This document shows positions 26,040 to 35,774 of a stretch of DNA of 64,000 bases, piece after piece. The translations under genes and the position numbers were made by a program. Position 1 is the first letter of the stretch; each line of letters begins with the position of its first letter. Under the pieces are notes generated by a model that was not told the origin of the DNA, made no database searches, and saw only the letters and a program-made list of their open reading frames with translations. Origin of the DNA: Cellvibrio sp. (GTDB lineage: Bacteria; Pseudomonadota; Gammaproteobacteria; Pseudomonadales; Cellvibrionaceae); contig NZ_JBCECX010000007.1 in assembly GCF_039207905.1 (NCBI RefSeq), positions 62,467 through 126,466 on the forward strand, written 5' to 3'.

Positions 26040-28235
26040 TTAGGTTTTAGGCTTATCGAGTGATAACGCGGGCGTGGCGTTGAGCGAGACAATACGCGTC
26101 TTGCTGATTTTGTGACGGTAGATCTCGCGCAGGTATTTGATCGCTTTTTTTACGCTGTCACGCGATAGACGAATATCATTGATTGAGCAGAACTTCTCTG
26201 AATCGTTAATCAGCTCGCGATATTTTTTCTCATACATGGGCTTGATCGCGTACCAGTTGGTATCGAGAATCTTGGCAGGGTTTTCATACTCATTGAGCAT
26301 TTTATCCACCAGCTTTTCATCGAATTCGTCGGAGCGGATAAACTCCAGCATAGCGGCATCGAGTTGCTCATCGAAACGGTACGGATCTTTGGCAAAACAA
26401 CGTTTGATGAAGGCTACGATCAGTGTTAAGAAATCGTCACTCAGGCATGGGCTTTTTACAATCAATGTCGTTAACGAAATATTCGCCGAAGCACCTATTA
26501 CCAATGCATAACGCTTGAGCGTGGTATTGGGGAACAGGGAGTTCAAATGGGATTTGAGTTTATTCAAATCCATGTATGACAATTTGTAATCTTTCGGCAG
26601 GGAGATGATAGAAACAATCGACGAACAGTTTTTAAAGAAATGTAGATTTTTCAACTCTTCGGCGTCGTAGCCCTTTTGCAAATAGCGCGCGAGGGATTCG
26701 CGATAGCGACCAGACTCAATCGGCAGCAGACTGATACCTTCAATTGCCTGGGTTACTTTGTTGAAGTGCGGCAAATCAATCGAGCGATAGAATAAATCAT
26801 CAATGTTCAATTCACTCTTTTTCGGGTCCATACCGCGCAACTTATCCACGCCTTGTGGTGGCGTTGCATTCGGAATCACCGACTCGGCATAAGCAACGGC
26901 AACCGGGCCAGCTAAACTCATAAACAAATCGTTGGCATCGAGGCGAATCGTTTCACCTATATCAATGCCTGCGCGCCGGAAATAGTTTTCGTCGTAATCG
27001 GTAGTGACCGCTTGTGCGGTGAGGATGTTAAAAATTTGCTGGGAAATATATTGGTTGGCATATTTCTCCATCGCATTCACATCGATGTGCGGGATGTTGC
27101 CGTCATCAGTTGCTTCGGCGTAGCGCATGATGTCGTTGGAAATCAGCATCATTGCGTTCCACGGGCGAATACGATGCATCACGCTGGCTTCGCTGCTGTC
27201 TTCGTTATCAAAGTTGTAGGAGAAGTCCCACTCTTCAGATAAATACTTACACAGCAGTCGCCCGGCGTTGATGTGCAGCGCCTCCGACATTTCTACACCG
27301 TGGTCAGAAATATTGGGCAGGATACAAATACCGCTGGTGAAAATTGGCTCGAACACAAATGAATGGCCACGGTTCTCTGCATTGGCAGCCTCCGAGCGCA
27401 CATCAAATGTTTTGCTCATGTAAGCATATTGCTGAGCCAAACCAAATTCACTCGCCATACCGGAACCGGTACCACCACCCGCACTGAAAATATAAAAATA
27501 CAGGCGCGATTGGTTGGCTTTAATTCCACAGGAATCGATCAAATAAGAATGCACATGTTTCCAATCAGGATTGGAAAAACGCTGGGTATCTTTGTTGAGA
27601 ATAATTTTAGCGAGGTACTGGCCGAGAATTGGCGCATTACCGGAACCACCCGCATGAACTTCGGACAAGTCCATGATTTTCATCTTGGTGTAATCTTTAA
27701 GGAAACCGGAGCGCTCACCTTTGTGCGAGAAACGGATGCGGCCTTCAATATCTTTATCCAGATCGCCGAGCATCACCAAGGGCTCAATTAAAAACACCGG
27801 CTTGAGGTGATGGCCACCTTTTAAATGCAAGCTGCGTTTGATCCAGCGCATCGGCTTGTCTTGTTCGCGCACTTCTTTCTCTTCGCTGTTGAATTCGTTG
27901 AGGTAAAAGTTGCGCGCGTTATAAACCAGTGATGCCACATCCAACGCAATGTTGGAACCGCAACGCCCCAAACCAATCAAGCAAACCGACGGGAACTGCG
28001 GCTGCTTTTGATTGTTGGGATCTTCGTCTTTAAGAATATGGGGGTAAACACTGCTGCGCAGGGTATCCAGGTTGTAAAGAATCCGATCCAGATCGCGCTC
28101 GGTAAAATACATGTAACTGGAATTTTGCGGCGGCGTGAGCAAGTTAATGACTTCTGCCGCAGGAGGAGCATCCAGCGTAATCAGATCATCCTGGTCCAGC
28201 ACATCGGTAGGGCGAGAAGTTTTCTTGGTAGCCAT
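26040..28235 (-). CDS. Divergent tubulin/FtsZ-superfamily GTPase (731 aa) with N- and C-terminal extensions
   Basis: T1-like VCLIGLGRCGSNIALDV; T3-like HAGGSGNAPILGQYLA; exact tubulin signature FSAGGGTGSGMASEFG (T4); MMLISNDIMRYA (FtsZ IPND-like); T7-like GETIRLDANDLFMSLAGPVAVAY. The C-terminal subdomain pattern is SIVSIISLPKDYKLSYMDLNKLKSHL....RYALVIGASANISLTTLIV. Confidence 0.8.
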   Translation of the reverse strand: MATKKTSRPTDVLDQDDLITLDAPPAAEVINLLTPPQNSSYMYFTERDLDRILYNLDTLRSSVYPHILKDEDPNNQKQPQFPSVCLIGLGRCGSNIALDVASLVYNARNFYLNEFNSEEKEVREQDKPMRWIKRSLHLKGGHHLKPVFLIEPLVMLGDLDKDIEGRIRFSHKGERSGFLKDYTKMKIMDLSEVHAGGSGNAPILGQYLAKIILNKDTQRFSNPDWKHVHSYLIDSCGIKANQSRLYFYIFSAGGGTGSGMASEFGLAQQYAYMSKTFDVRSEAANAENRGHSFVFEPIFTSGICILPNISDHGVEMSEALHINAGRLLCKYLSEEWDFSYNFDNEDSSEASVMHRIRPWNAMMLISNDIMRYAEATDDGNIPHIDVNAMEKYANQYISQQIFNILTAQAVTTDYDENYFRRAGIDIGETIRLDANDLFMSLAGPVAVAYAESVIPNATPPQGVDKLRGMDPKKSELNIDDLFYRSIDLPHFNKVTQAIEGISLLPIESGRYRESLARYLQKGYDAEELKNLHFFKNCSSIVSIISLPKDYKLSYMDLNKLKSHLNSLFPNTTLKRYALVIGASANISLTTLIVKSPCLSDDFLTLIVAFIKRCFAKDPYRFDEQLDAAMLEFIRSDEFDEKLVDKMLNEYENPAKILDTNWYAIKPMYEKKYRELINDSEKFCSINDIRLSRDSVKKAIKYLREIYRHKISKTRIVSLNATPALSLDKPKT

Positions 28236-28372
28236 GTAGATAAATCCTTATTGAGCGACACAGTGTTATTAGTAGGAATGCCTGTACTGCTTACAATCGC
28301 AATCCTATTAACGCTAGTCGCGACTCGGCATAAATACAAACCTGCGCGCCGCTATCGCTCAATAAGTCTTTA

Positions 28373-28395
28373 AAAAAGGCGGTTTTTAACCACCC
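28373..28395 (-). terminator. Weak candidate terminator between the YcbB-like gene and the FtsZ-like gene
   Basis: The minus strand reads ggtggtt-aaa-aaccgcc (7 bp including one G.U pair) followed by TTTTTT. Confidence 0.4.
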
Positions 28396-28401
28396 AAGGG
28401 G

Positions 28402-30270
28402 TTAACTACGCTTGTTAAGTGCTGCCAACACCTGTGCATCGCGCTTGTAGATGTCCGGTTTGAAGGCAACTTGCGTTTCGCTGATTGCATCTACCGTCCA
28501 GTAGGCAAGCAAAATAGGAACACGTTTCGCCAGAGTCACATTGCGTGTTTTGCCATTCGCCAAGGCTTGGTCGATGGCCTCTGAACTCCAGTTGGGTGTT
28601 TCGGATAACAACAACTCAACCAATTCCAATGCACGCTCGACACGGATACAACCCGAACTAAACGCGCGCTGACTTTTGTCGAATAATTTTTGATGCGGCG
28701 TATCGTGCAGGTAAACCGCATAAGGATTTGGGAAACGGATTACGGCTTTGCCAAGCGCAGCATCATCACCTGCATCCTGACGCAGTGTCACATTGCCCGG
28801 GCGATTCCAATCGACGGTAGCGGGGTCCAGTTCTTTGCCGCTGCTATCCAGCACGCGAATATTATGGTCGCGCAGATAGTTAATATCTTTACGCACCTTC
28901 GGTAATACATCTTTGCGCAGAATGGTCGGCGGCACTGTCCAGGTCGGATTAAGAGTGATGTAATTCACTTCGGATTTAAAAATCGGTGTAGTGCGATAAG
29001 CCATACCCACTTGCACGCGCGAACGCCAAATCGGTTGATGCGCTTTAAAGTAAGTGACTTTGAATCCGGCTACATCGACCAACAACATTTCCGCCGGAAT
29101 GTTATGCAACAACCAGCGCGCGCGATCCAGATTTACCCGCAGCTGATCAATGCGCGATTGCACCGATACATTTAATGCTGCGCGCGTCGCCGGGCCAATA
29201 GCACCATCGACTTCCAGATATTGATCGCGCTGAAATTTTTTAACTGCTTCTACCAGATACTCATCAAACACGTTATCCGGATTAATACCGACTTCAACAA
29301 TCGGCTCCGCCGCTGCGCTGGAAGAACTGCTGCTCTCGGGCGTCATCACATCGGCGACAAACATATCGGTCGCTGATGGTGCCGAACTTGCGGCACTACT
29401 GGCAGCCATAAATTTTGCATCAGGCAAACATTTTTGCGCGGGTAGTAATCCCTGTTGGCCTTCGGCAGCAGGTAAAACAGGCGCAACATATTCGCCAGTG
29501 ACGCTCAAGCGCTGACGCAAAATCGCTACCTGTGGATCGACCATGCACGGCTTTAGCGAGGGTCCAGCAGGCAATGCCGGCCAGCCACCCTGCGCCGCCA
29601 ATATCCGGTAACGTTTCAGGCCTTCGCGCATACTGTTATAGATGGGGTGTTGCGGGCGGGTCTTGGCAAAGATTTCAGCAATGGGAGTCAAATCGATTCC
29701 ACCTGCAACATAGACGCCTGCACTGGTGAGGGCGAGATCTTCCAACTCAAAGTTCCACTGGGGATCGAGACCGGCAGGATCGACCTTGCCATTAAATAGA
29801 TGGTAGAGCGCGCGCAGATAAGCATTAGTCGCACGAATATCCTGATCGGCGTGGCGGGCAATGGATTCGGGGGAATTGTCATCAGCCAGCGGCGGAGTCT
29901 GGCTCAGCAGGGAGATTTGGTAATCCTCAGGACTCAAACCATCTTCTATCAGCGAGCCGAGCGCACTGATCAATTCGTCCAAGCGACCGGGTTGATCCCA
30001 CACCGGACGAAATTGCCTTTGGGTATAGAAGGAGCTTACAGCCTGGCTCAGGTCGCGCGAATTATTGCGCGCCGACTCTTGGGCGAGCTGCATGGTCGCG
30101 ACCTTCGCTTCAATTTCCTTTGTTAGCATTTCTTGCGGCGAGAGCGGTGCGGGTTGTGCAGCATCTGCCGCCAAAACAGGGAGGCTCGCGCCACACACTA
30201 TCAACAACACAACACAGGTAAACAAACGATCTGCCTTTGCGGGCAACTTCAACAACCTAAACAACTGCAT
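28402..30270 (-). CDS. YcbB/LdtD-type L,D-transpeptidase with a peptidoglycan-binding domain
   Basis: Signal peptide; PG_binding_1-like VKKFQRDQYLEVDGAIGPATRAALN; YkuD catalytic motif YLHDTPHQKLFDKSQRAFSSGCIRV. Size is 622 aa. Confidence 0.85.
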   Translation of the reverse strand: MQLFRLLKLPAKADRLFTCVVLLIVCGASLPVLAADAAQPAPLSPQEMLTKEIEAKVATMQLAQESARNNSRDLSQAVSSFYTQRQFRPVWDQPGRLDELISALGSLIEDGLSPEDYQISLLSQTPPLADDNSPESIARHADQDIRATNAYLRALYHLFNGKVDPAGLDPQWNFELEDLALTSAGVYVAGGIDLTPIAEIFAKTRPQHPIYNSMREGLKRYRILAAQGGWPALPAGPSLKPCMVDPQVAILRQRLSVTGEYVAPVLPAAEGQQGLLPAQKCLPDAKFMAASSAASSAPSATDMFVADVMTPESSSSSSAAAEPIVEVGINPDNVFDEYLVEAVKKFQRDQYLEVDGAIGPATRAALNVSVQSRIDQLRVNLDRARWLLHNIPAEMLLVDVAGFKVTYFKAHQPIWRSRVQVGMAYRTTPIFKSEVNYITLNPTWTVPPTILRKDVLPKVRKDINYLRDHNIRVLDSSGKELDPATVDWNRPGNVTLRQDAGDDAALGKAVIRFPNPYAVYLHDTPHQKLFDKSQRAFSSGCIRVERALELVELLLSETPNWSSEAIDQALANGKTRNVTLAKRVPILLAYWTVDAISETQVAFKPDIYKRDAQVLAALNKRS

Positions 30271-30481
30271 AAACGCATGCTCCTACGCACTTAACTAAAA
30301 CGTGCTTATTATCAAAGGTAGCAAAGAACATTCAAAAATTTGCTGCATTTTTGATCATTAGTGTTTGCCGCATCGATTTTCAGATGCTAGCATTCGTTCG
30401 TTATCGCACTTTAGTGGTTAAAACATAACCAAAAACAGCAAGGCCGCTGCAACTTTATCACCCAGAACTCCGGGAATATCC

Positions 30482-31231
30482 ATGTTGTACAAAACCTTTA
30501 GGGCCTTGTCTTTTTCGGCCTGCATAAGTCTTTTATTCACTTTTCATGCCACTGCCGGACAAGCGGAAGCAAGCAATCCTTTCCTGCCAGCCTCCCCATT
30601 TATCAATGAAGAGTCGCCGTTAAACCTGCTGAGCAAGTTGAGCAAAGCTGCTCCGGCTGCAAACCCCAAAGTTATTGGCCTGGCGCTGTCTGCACTGGAT
30701 TGTGCGATGCATCAGGGAATCTCCCCGGCACGCAATTTAACCGTAATCGATTACTCACTCGCCTCGACCATTCCGCGCTTGTGGGTCTTTGATTTGGTTA
30801 CCGGCAAGCTGCTATTTAACGAATTAGTCGCCCACGGCAAGAATACCGGTGAAAATTTTGCACGCAATTTTTCCAATACTTACGGAAGCTTGCAAACCAG
30901 TCTCGGTCTTTTCCGCACCAAAGATACCTATAACGGCTCCAATGGTTATTCGCTGCGCATGGATGGACTGGAAAGCGGTTTTAACGACAAAGCCATGGAA
31001 CGCGCGATCGTATTCCACGGTGCCCCTTACGTCGATTCCAAAATGGCCAACAAAACCGGGCGCCTTGGTCGCAGCTGGGGTTGTCCTGCCGTCCGTTTGG
31101 GTATCGCCAAGAAAGTAATCGATACCATCAAAGGCGAGCAATTCCTGTTCTCCTACTATCCCGACAAAAAATGGCTCACCAGCTCCAAATTCCTGAACTG
31201 CCCAAGCAGCCAGCGCTGGGCGAAAAACTAG
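30482..31231 (+). CDS. Secreted YkuD_2-type L,D-transpeptidase catalytic-domain protein
   Basis: Signal peptide; LWVFDL..GKLLF...VAHGKNTG; catalytic motif GRSWGCPAV. Confidence 0.75.
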   Translation: MLYKTFRALSFSACISLLFTFHATAGQAEASNPFLPASPFINEESPLNLLSKLSKAAPAANPKVIGLALSALDCAMHQGISPARNLTVIDYSLASTIPRLWVFDLVTGKLLFNELVAHGKNTGENFARNFSNTYGSLQTSLGLFRTKDTYNGSNGYSLRMDGLESGFNDKAMERAIVFHGAPYVDSKMANKTGRLGRSWGCPAVRLGIAKKVIDTIKGEQFLFSYYPDKKWLTSSKFLNCPSSQRWAKN

Positions 31232-31616
31232 CTCGATAAATCGCTTGCGCAGCCAGCTGTGCAAGTGATCGTGGCTACACCTCAGGCAGTAGTATCCCGC
31301 GTTAAAACAGCGACCATCCGTAAAGCTTTGTTAAAAAAAACACCCGCCTGCCATCAATTTATCAAGCTGTGTAAATAGCATCGCAGCGCCTCGTAACAAA
31401 TAGTATAAATACGCTAATAGTTTAAATGACTTTTACAGTTTTAAACATTCGGCATTCCCCCTTTGTAACTGCTTTCAATTAGAGTAGCCGCGCCGTTATC
31501 CCTGATTTACTCACGGCAAAGAGGATGTTTTTAAAAAATCTGCCAAGCTTAGGATGTACACCAAAAGCTAGCCTGACAAATCCAACCCACTATAAAAAAA
31601 GCCTAGGTCAAACACT

Positions 31617-32402
31617 ATGAAAAAGCTCCACGCATTTAATCCGCTGTTAGCCACAACCACACTCGTACTTTGCGCTGTATCAGTCCCGTTAATGGCTGCT
31701 ACCAAAAAAGAACCTTGGGAACTCGCCCAGGAAACTGAGGTATGGGAGCCAGTTCCACCGGTTATTAGCTCACCAGCTAACGGTGTTCCATCCGATGCTA
31801 CCGTGCTGTTCGATGGCAAAAACCTGAGCCAATGGCAAGCCGTTGAAGGTGGCGGTGCCGCCGAATGGAAAGTTGCCGAGGGCGCATTTACCGTAGTGCC
31901 TAAAAAAGGCGATATCAGAACCAAAGAGTCTTTTTGCGATGTGCAATTGCACATTGAATGGAAAACACCGACCAACTTTATCGGCGAAGATGGCAAACCT
32001 ACCGAAAGCCAGGGCCGCAGCAACAGCGGTGTTTTCTTCCAGGAACGTTATGAAATCCAGGTACTGGATAATTACAACAACAAAACCTACCCCAACGGCC
32101 AGGTTGCTTCGGTTTACAAACAAACTATCCCGTTGGTAAACGCGTCGCGCGCGCCGGGCGAGTGGCAGACTTACGATATTATTTTCACTTCTCCAAAATT
32201 TGATAGCGCCCAAAAACTTACCAAGCCAGGTTATGTGACCGTGTTGCATAACGGTGTGCTCGCACAAAACCATGTTGAAATTCAGGGTGCAACTGAATGG
32301 ATCGGCAAGCCTGTCTACAAAGCTCACGGCTGCGCCCCTTTGCGTCTGCAAGACCATGGCAATTTGGTTAGCTTCCGCAATATCTGGGTACGCAAACTCT
32401 AA
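31617..32402 (+). CDS. Secreted DUF1080 (3-keto-disaccharide hydrolase-like, concanavalin fold) protein
   Basis: Signal peptide; F.DVQLHIEWK..; NSGVFFQERYEIQVLDN; GEWQTYDIIF; LRLQDHGNLVSFRNIWVRKL. Confidence 0.8.
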   Translation: MKKLHAFNPLLATTTLVLCAVSVPLMAATKKEPWELAQETEVWEPVPPVISSPANGVPSDATVLFDGKNLSQWQAVEGGGAAEWKVAEGAFTVVPKKGDIRTKESFCDVQLHIEWKTPTNFIGEDGKPTESQGRSNSGVFFQERYEIQVLDNYNNKTYPNGQVASVYKQTIPLVNASRAPGEWQTYDIIFTSPKFDSAQKLTKPGYVTVLHNGVLAQNHVEIQGATEWIGKPVYKAHGCAPLRLQDHGNLVSFRNIWVRKL

Positions 32403-32511
32403 CTTTTTCCGCTCTATCCGCAGGCAGTTCAGCTAATTGCTTTTACTGTCTTTTGTTCGCGCCGCAGTGTTTCACTGCGGCGCTTTTTTAATTAGATCAC
32501 AGGTATAGATT

Positions 32512-35500
32512 ATGTCTCTCCTGAAAAAAATGGTGCTGGGATCATTATTGATTTGCAGCACACAGGTTTACGCACAAAATCCCGCCGATTATTTCAAAGC
32601 AAACAGTGCTTGGGTTAACGCCAGCAAAGTGAGCGCTGTTGGCAATAAATTGCAAATAACTGCAGCTCAAGACGGCAACATTCTCGCACTCACCGCCAAA
32701 GGCAGCAGTGAGCATTTAAATGCGAATGAGCATATCGGCGACTCAGTACTGGAAACCGAATTTCTGGTTCCCGAGGGCAGCGATGCAAAACTTTATGTAC
32801 AAGGTCGTTACGCAATCGACCTCAAGAACGTCAACAACGAGTGGCAAAAGTTGTACGTCACCTTTCGTGCACCGCGCTACAACGAAGCCAGTGCGAAAGT
32901 AGATTCCGCATTGATTGTAGAAGTGCGCATCAACGGTGAAACCGTTGCGGTAAATGATATCCGCACCGGCATGAGCGAAAACGCCAACATCGGCTGGGAA
33001 AATCCCGCAGGCCAAACCAGCTTTCAGGTAAAAAAAGGCCAGCTCGCCTTGCGCAATTTCACTATAGCGCCAGCGGATTTCTCTTTGATCACTATGCCGA
33101 AAAATTCCGGTGAGACAACCAATCAAAAAGAGTTGGTAGATTTTGTTGCGCTCGGTAAAGAGACCTTTGAATCTGTTGGCTGTAACGCTTGTCACTCAAC
33201 CATTAAAAACGATTCAGGTGTAAGCACTGGCCCAAATCTTTTTGGTTTGTTTAAACGCGAACCGCGCGACCGCGAAATCGTAGAAGGTGGTGAAGGCCAT
33301 AGATTCACCATTAAAGCGGATCGCCAATACCTGCACCGCAGTATTCGTTCCGCCACCGATCAATTAGCCGTTGCTGAAAGCGGCGCGAAAAAAGGTGAAG
33401 CATTTTTACCTATCATGCCAGCGTTTTCCGCGCAGGTATTAAGTGATTTGCAAATCGACGCCATCGGCGATTACCTCGCTACACTCAACGATCTGCGCGA
33501 CCAAGGCCCAACCATTAAATTGCTCGCGCAAACCGGTGCAGAAGAATACGACCCGATTGCTGACCGTTTGCAATTATTGGTTGACGATGAAGTACGCCTT
33601 CAACGTGGTCCGATGGCCGGTGTTTCTGGCCGTGCAATTCACGTAGGTTCACCTTGGGGCGTTAACTATTCATTTGATCCACGTCTGCTTGCCATTACTA
33701 AAATTTGGCAGGGCGGCTTTTTGGACATGACTGGCGAATTTACCAATCGCGGCGGCAAAGGTTTGAAGATGGGTTACGAAAGCCGCGAAATTAATTTTGG
33801 CGGCCAGGAGTTTTTATTTGCGCCACTCAATGCGCAAGGCAAGATAATCGACTTCTCGTTTAAAGATGCAAAATTCGGTGATGTAGAAACCATTAAAGCA
33901 TCGCTTAACAGCAAAGAAGATCACCTGCCCCGCGTTGCGGCGATGGATGCGCAATTTTTAGGTTACACGCGCAACTCCAAGCAAAAAAATGAACTGCCGA
34001 CATTTAATTATCGTGTTGGCAAAAACACCCTGAAAGTCCAAACCTCAATTGCCGCCAATGGCGATGTAAAAATCATATTGAATGGCGATATAAAAACCGC
34101 ACAACAATTTTCACTCAACACACAACTTCTGCAAAACGCAGCAGTTAACAAAGGTGAAATCAGCAACGGCCAATGGACTTTACCAGCAGGCAGCAAAACC
34201 GCAACGCTCACGGCAAAAATGCAAGTTGCCGCGAATGTATGGCATGCGAAAAAATCAGAATTTGATTACCGCAAACAACCAATCAAAATTACTGAAGCCA
34301 AAGCCGATTTGCCTGCGGGTTACAGCATCGAAAGTTACTACCCTCCAAAAGATAATTTTGGTCGCGAGCAATTATTTGAAGCCTTGGGCCTGGCATTAAC
34401 GCAAGACAACACTACAGTGATTGCCACGCGCACCGCGGGAATCTGGCGCATTGTGAAAGGCCAATGGCATTTATTTGCCGAAGGTACTTTTGACAGCTTG
34501 GGCGTATTGGTTGAAGACAAAAAAGGCCTCACCGTTATCGCCGGACAAAAAGCCGAACTCACGCGCATTCGCGACACCAACGGTGACGGCATTGCCGATA
34601 GTTACGAAACCTTGTTCGATGCTCACTCTTATCACGGCAACTATCACTCCTATATGCACGGCCCAACACGTGGTAGCGACGGTGCTTATTACATCAGCAT
34701 CAACCTCGCCGATGGCGGTGATGGCTCTACCTACAAAGCCGGTGGCAAATACATGGGCTCACAAGGTGGATTGGCGGGATGGAATATTCGAGTTGAACCC
34801 AACGGCAAATTCGAGATGTGGGCAAATGGTTTACGCAGCCCTGCCGGCTTGGGTACTGCACCTGATGGTCGCCTCTGGTATTCCGATAACCAAGGTGAAT
34901 ATATGGGAACCTCGAAAATTTTCGACATCAAAAAAGATATGTTCTTTGGTCATCCATCAGCGCTGGTCGATTTACCTGGCATGACTGCTGACTCACCGGA
35001 AATTGCGTGGGATAAAGTACAGAACAAACGTACCAACCCAATTATTCTGCTGCCGCACAACCGTGTCGCCAACTCACCGGGCAATCCGGCGTGGGATACC
35101 ACCAAAGGAAAATTCGGTGCATTTACCGGTCAAATGTTGATGGGCGATCAAACCCAATCGAATTTGTTGCGCATCGCGTTCCAAACAGTTGATGGGGTTG
35201 AGCAAGGCAGTGTGATGCCGTTTATTGATGGTTTGGAATCTGGCGTTATGCGCCCGCTGTTTTTGAAAGACGGCAGTTTGCTGCTTGGCCAAACTGGTCG
35301 TGGCTGGCAGGCAAAAGGTGGGCATGTCGCCAGTTTGCAACGCATAGTGTGGGATGGAAAAACAATTCCAGCTGCCATTACCCAAATGCTTGCGACACCA
35401 ACTGGCTTTGCAATCGAATTCACTCAGCCAGTTGACAGTAAAGTCGCTGCAGATGCATTAAGATCGCTGGTAAGTTTGGAGTCCTGGGTTTATCGCGATG

Positions 35501-35742
35501 CACCGGATTATGGTTCGGACGAATTGGATGTGACGCAAGAGGCGATCAAGGCGGTGTCGATCAGTGCTGATCGTAAAACCGTGAATATCGATTTGCAGTC
35601 ACTGGTACAAAAACAGGTTCATCCACAACAAACTGCCCGTGTTTATCACGCACAGTTAAAAACCCAAACATTGTTTGAAAAAAATGCAGCGGAAAAAATG
35701 GATGCGTACTACACGCTTTATAAATTCCCCGCCGCCAAATAA
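32512..35742 (+). CDS. Large secreted protein: DUF1080-like N-terminus, a mono-haem cytochrome c, and a beta-propeller 'membrane-bound dehydrogenase' domain (PVC-type)
   Basis: Signal peptide; a single CxxCH (GCNACHS) with a downstream Met candidate (LPIMPAF); a propeller-like region (AGIWRI..TRIRDTNGDGIADSYETLFD..YHSYMHGP). Size is 1076 aa. Confidence 0.7.
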   Translation: MSLLKKMVLGSLLICSTQVYAQNPADYFKANSAWVNASKVSAVGNKLQITAAQDGNILALTAKGSSEHLNANEHIGDSVLETEFLVPEGSDAKLYVQGRYAIDLKNVNNEWQKLYVTFRAPRYNEASAKVDSALIVEVRINGETVAVNDIRTGMSENANIGWENPAGQTSFQVKKGQLALRNFTIAPADFSLITMPKNSGETTNQKELVDFVALGKETFESVGCNACHSTIKNDSGVSTGPNLFGLFKREPRDREIVEGGEGHRFTIKADRQYLHRSIRSATDQLAVAESGAKKGEAFLPIMPAFSAQVLSDLQIDAIGDYLATLNDLRDQGPTIKLLAQTGAEEYDPIADRLQLLVDDEVRLQRGPMAGVSGRAIHVGSPWGVNYSFDPRLLAITKIWQGGFLDMTGEFTNRGGKGLKMGYESREINFGGQEFLFAPLNAQGKIIDFSFKDAKFGDVETIKASLNSKEDHLPRVAAMDAQFLGYTRNSKQKNELPTFNYRVGKNTLKVQTSIAANGDVKIILNGDIKTAQQFSLNTQLLQNAAVNKGEISNGQWTLPAGSKTATLTAKMQVAANVWHAKKSEFDYRKQPIKITEAKADLPAGYSIESYYPPKDNFGREQLFEALGLALTQDNTTVIATRTAGIWRIVKGQWHLFAEGTFDSLGVLVEDKKGLTVIAGQKAELTRIRDTNGDGIADSYETLFDAHSYHGNYHSYMHGPTRGSDGAYYISINLADGGDGSTYKAGGKYMGSQGGLAGWNIRVEPNGKFEMWANGLRSPAGLGTAPDGRLWYSDNQGEYMGTSKIFDIKKDMFFGHPSALVDLPGMTADSPEIAWDKVQNKRTNPIILLPHNRVANSPGNPAWDTTKGKFGAFTGQMLMGDQTQSNLLRIAFQTVDGVEQGSVMPFIDGLESGVMRPLFLKDGSLLLGQTGRGWQAKGGHVASLQRIVWDGKTIPAAITQMLATPTGFAIEFTQPVDSKVAADALRSLVSLESWVYRDAPDYGSDELDVTQEAIKAVSISADRKTVNIDLQSLVQKQVHPQQTARVYHAQLKTQTLFEKNAAEKMDAYYTLYKFPAAK

Positions 35743-35774
35743 AACAACCATCGCATCCCTCCAGGTGCGATAAA

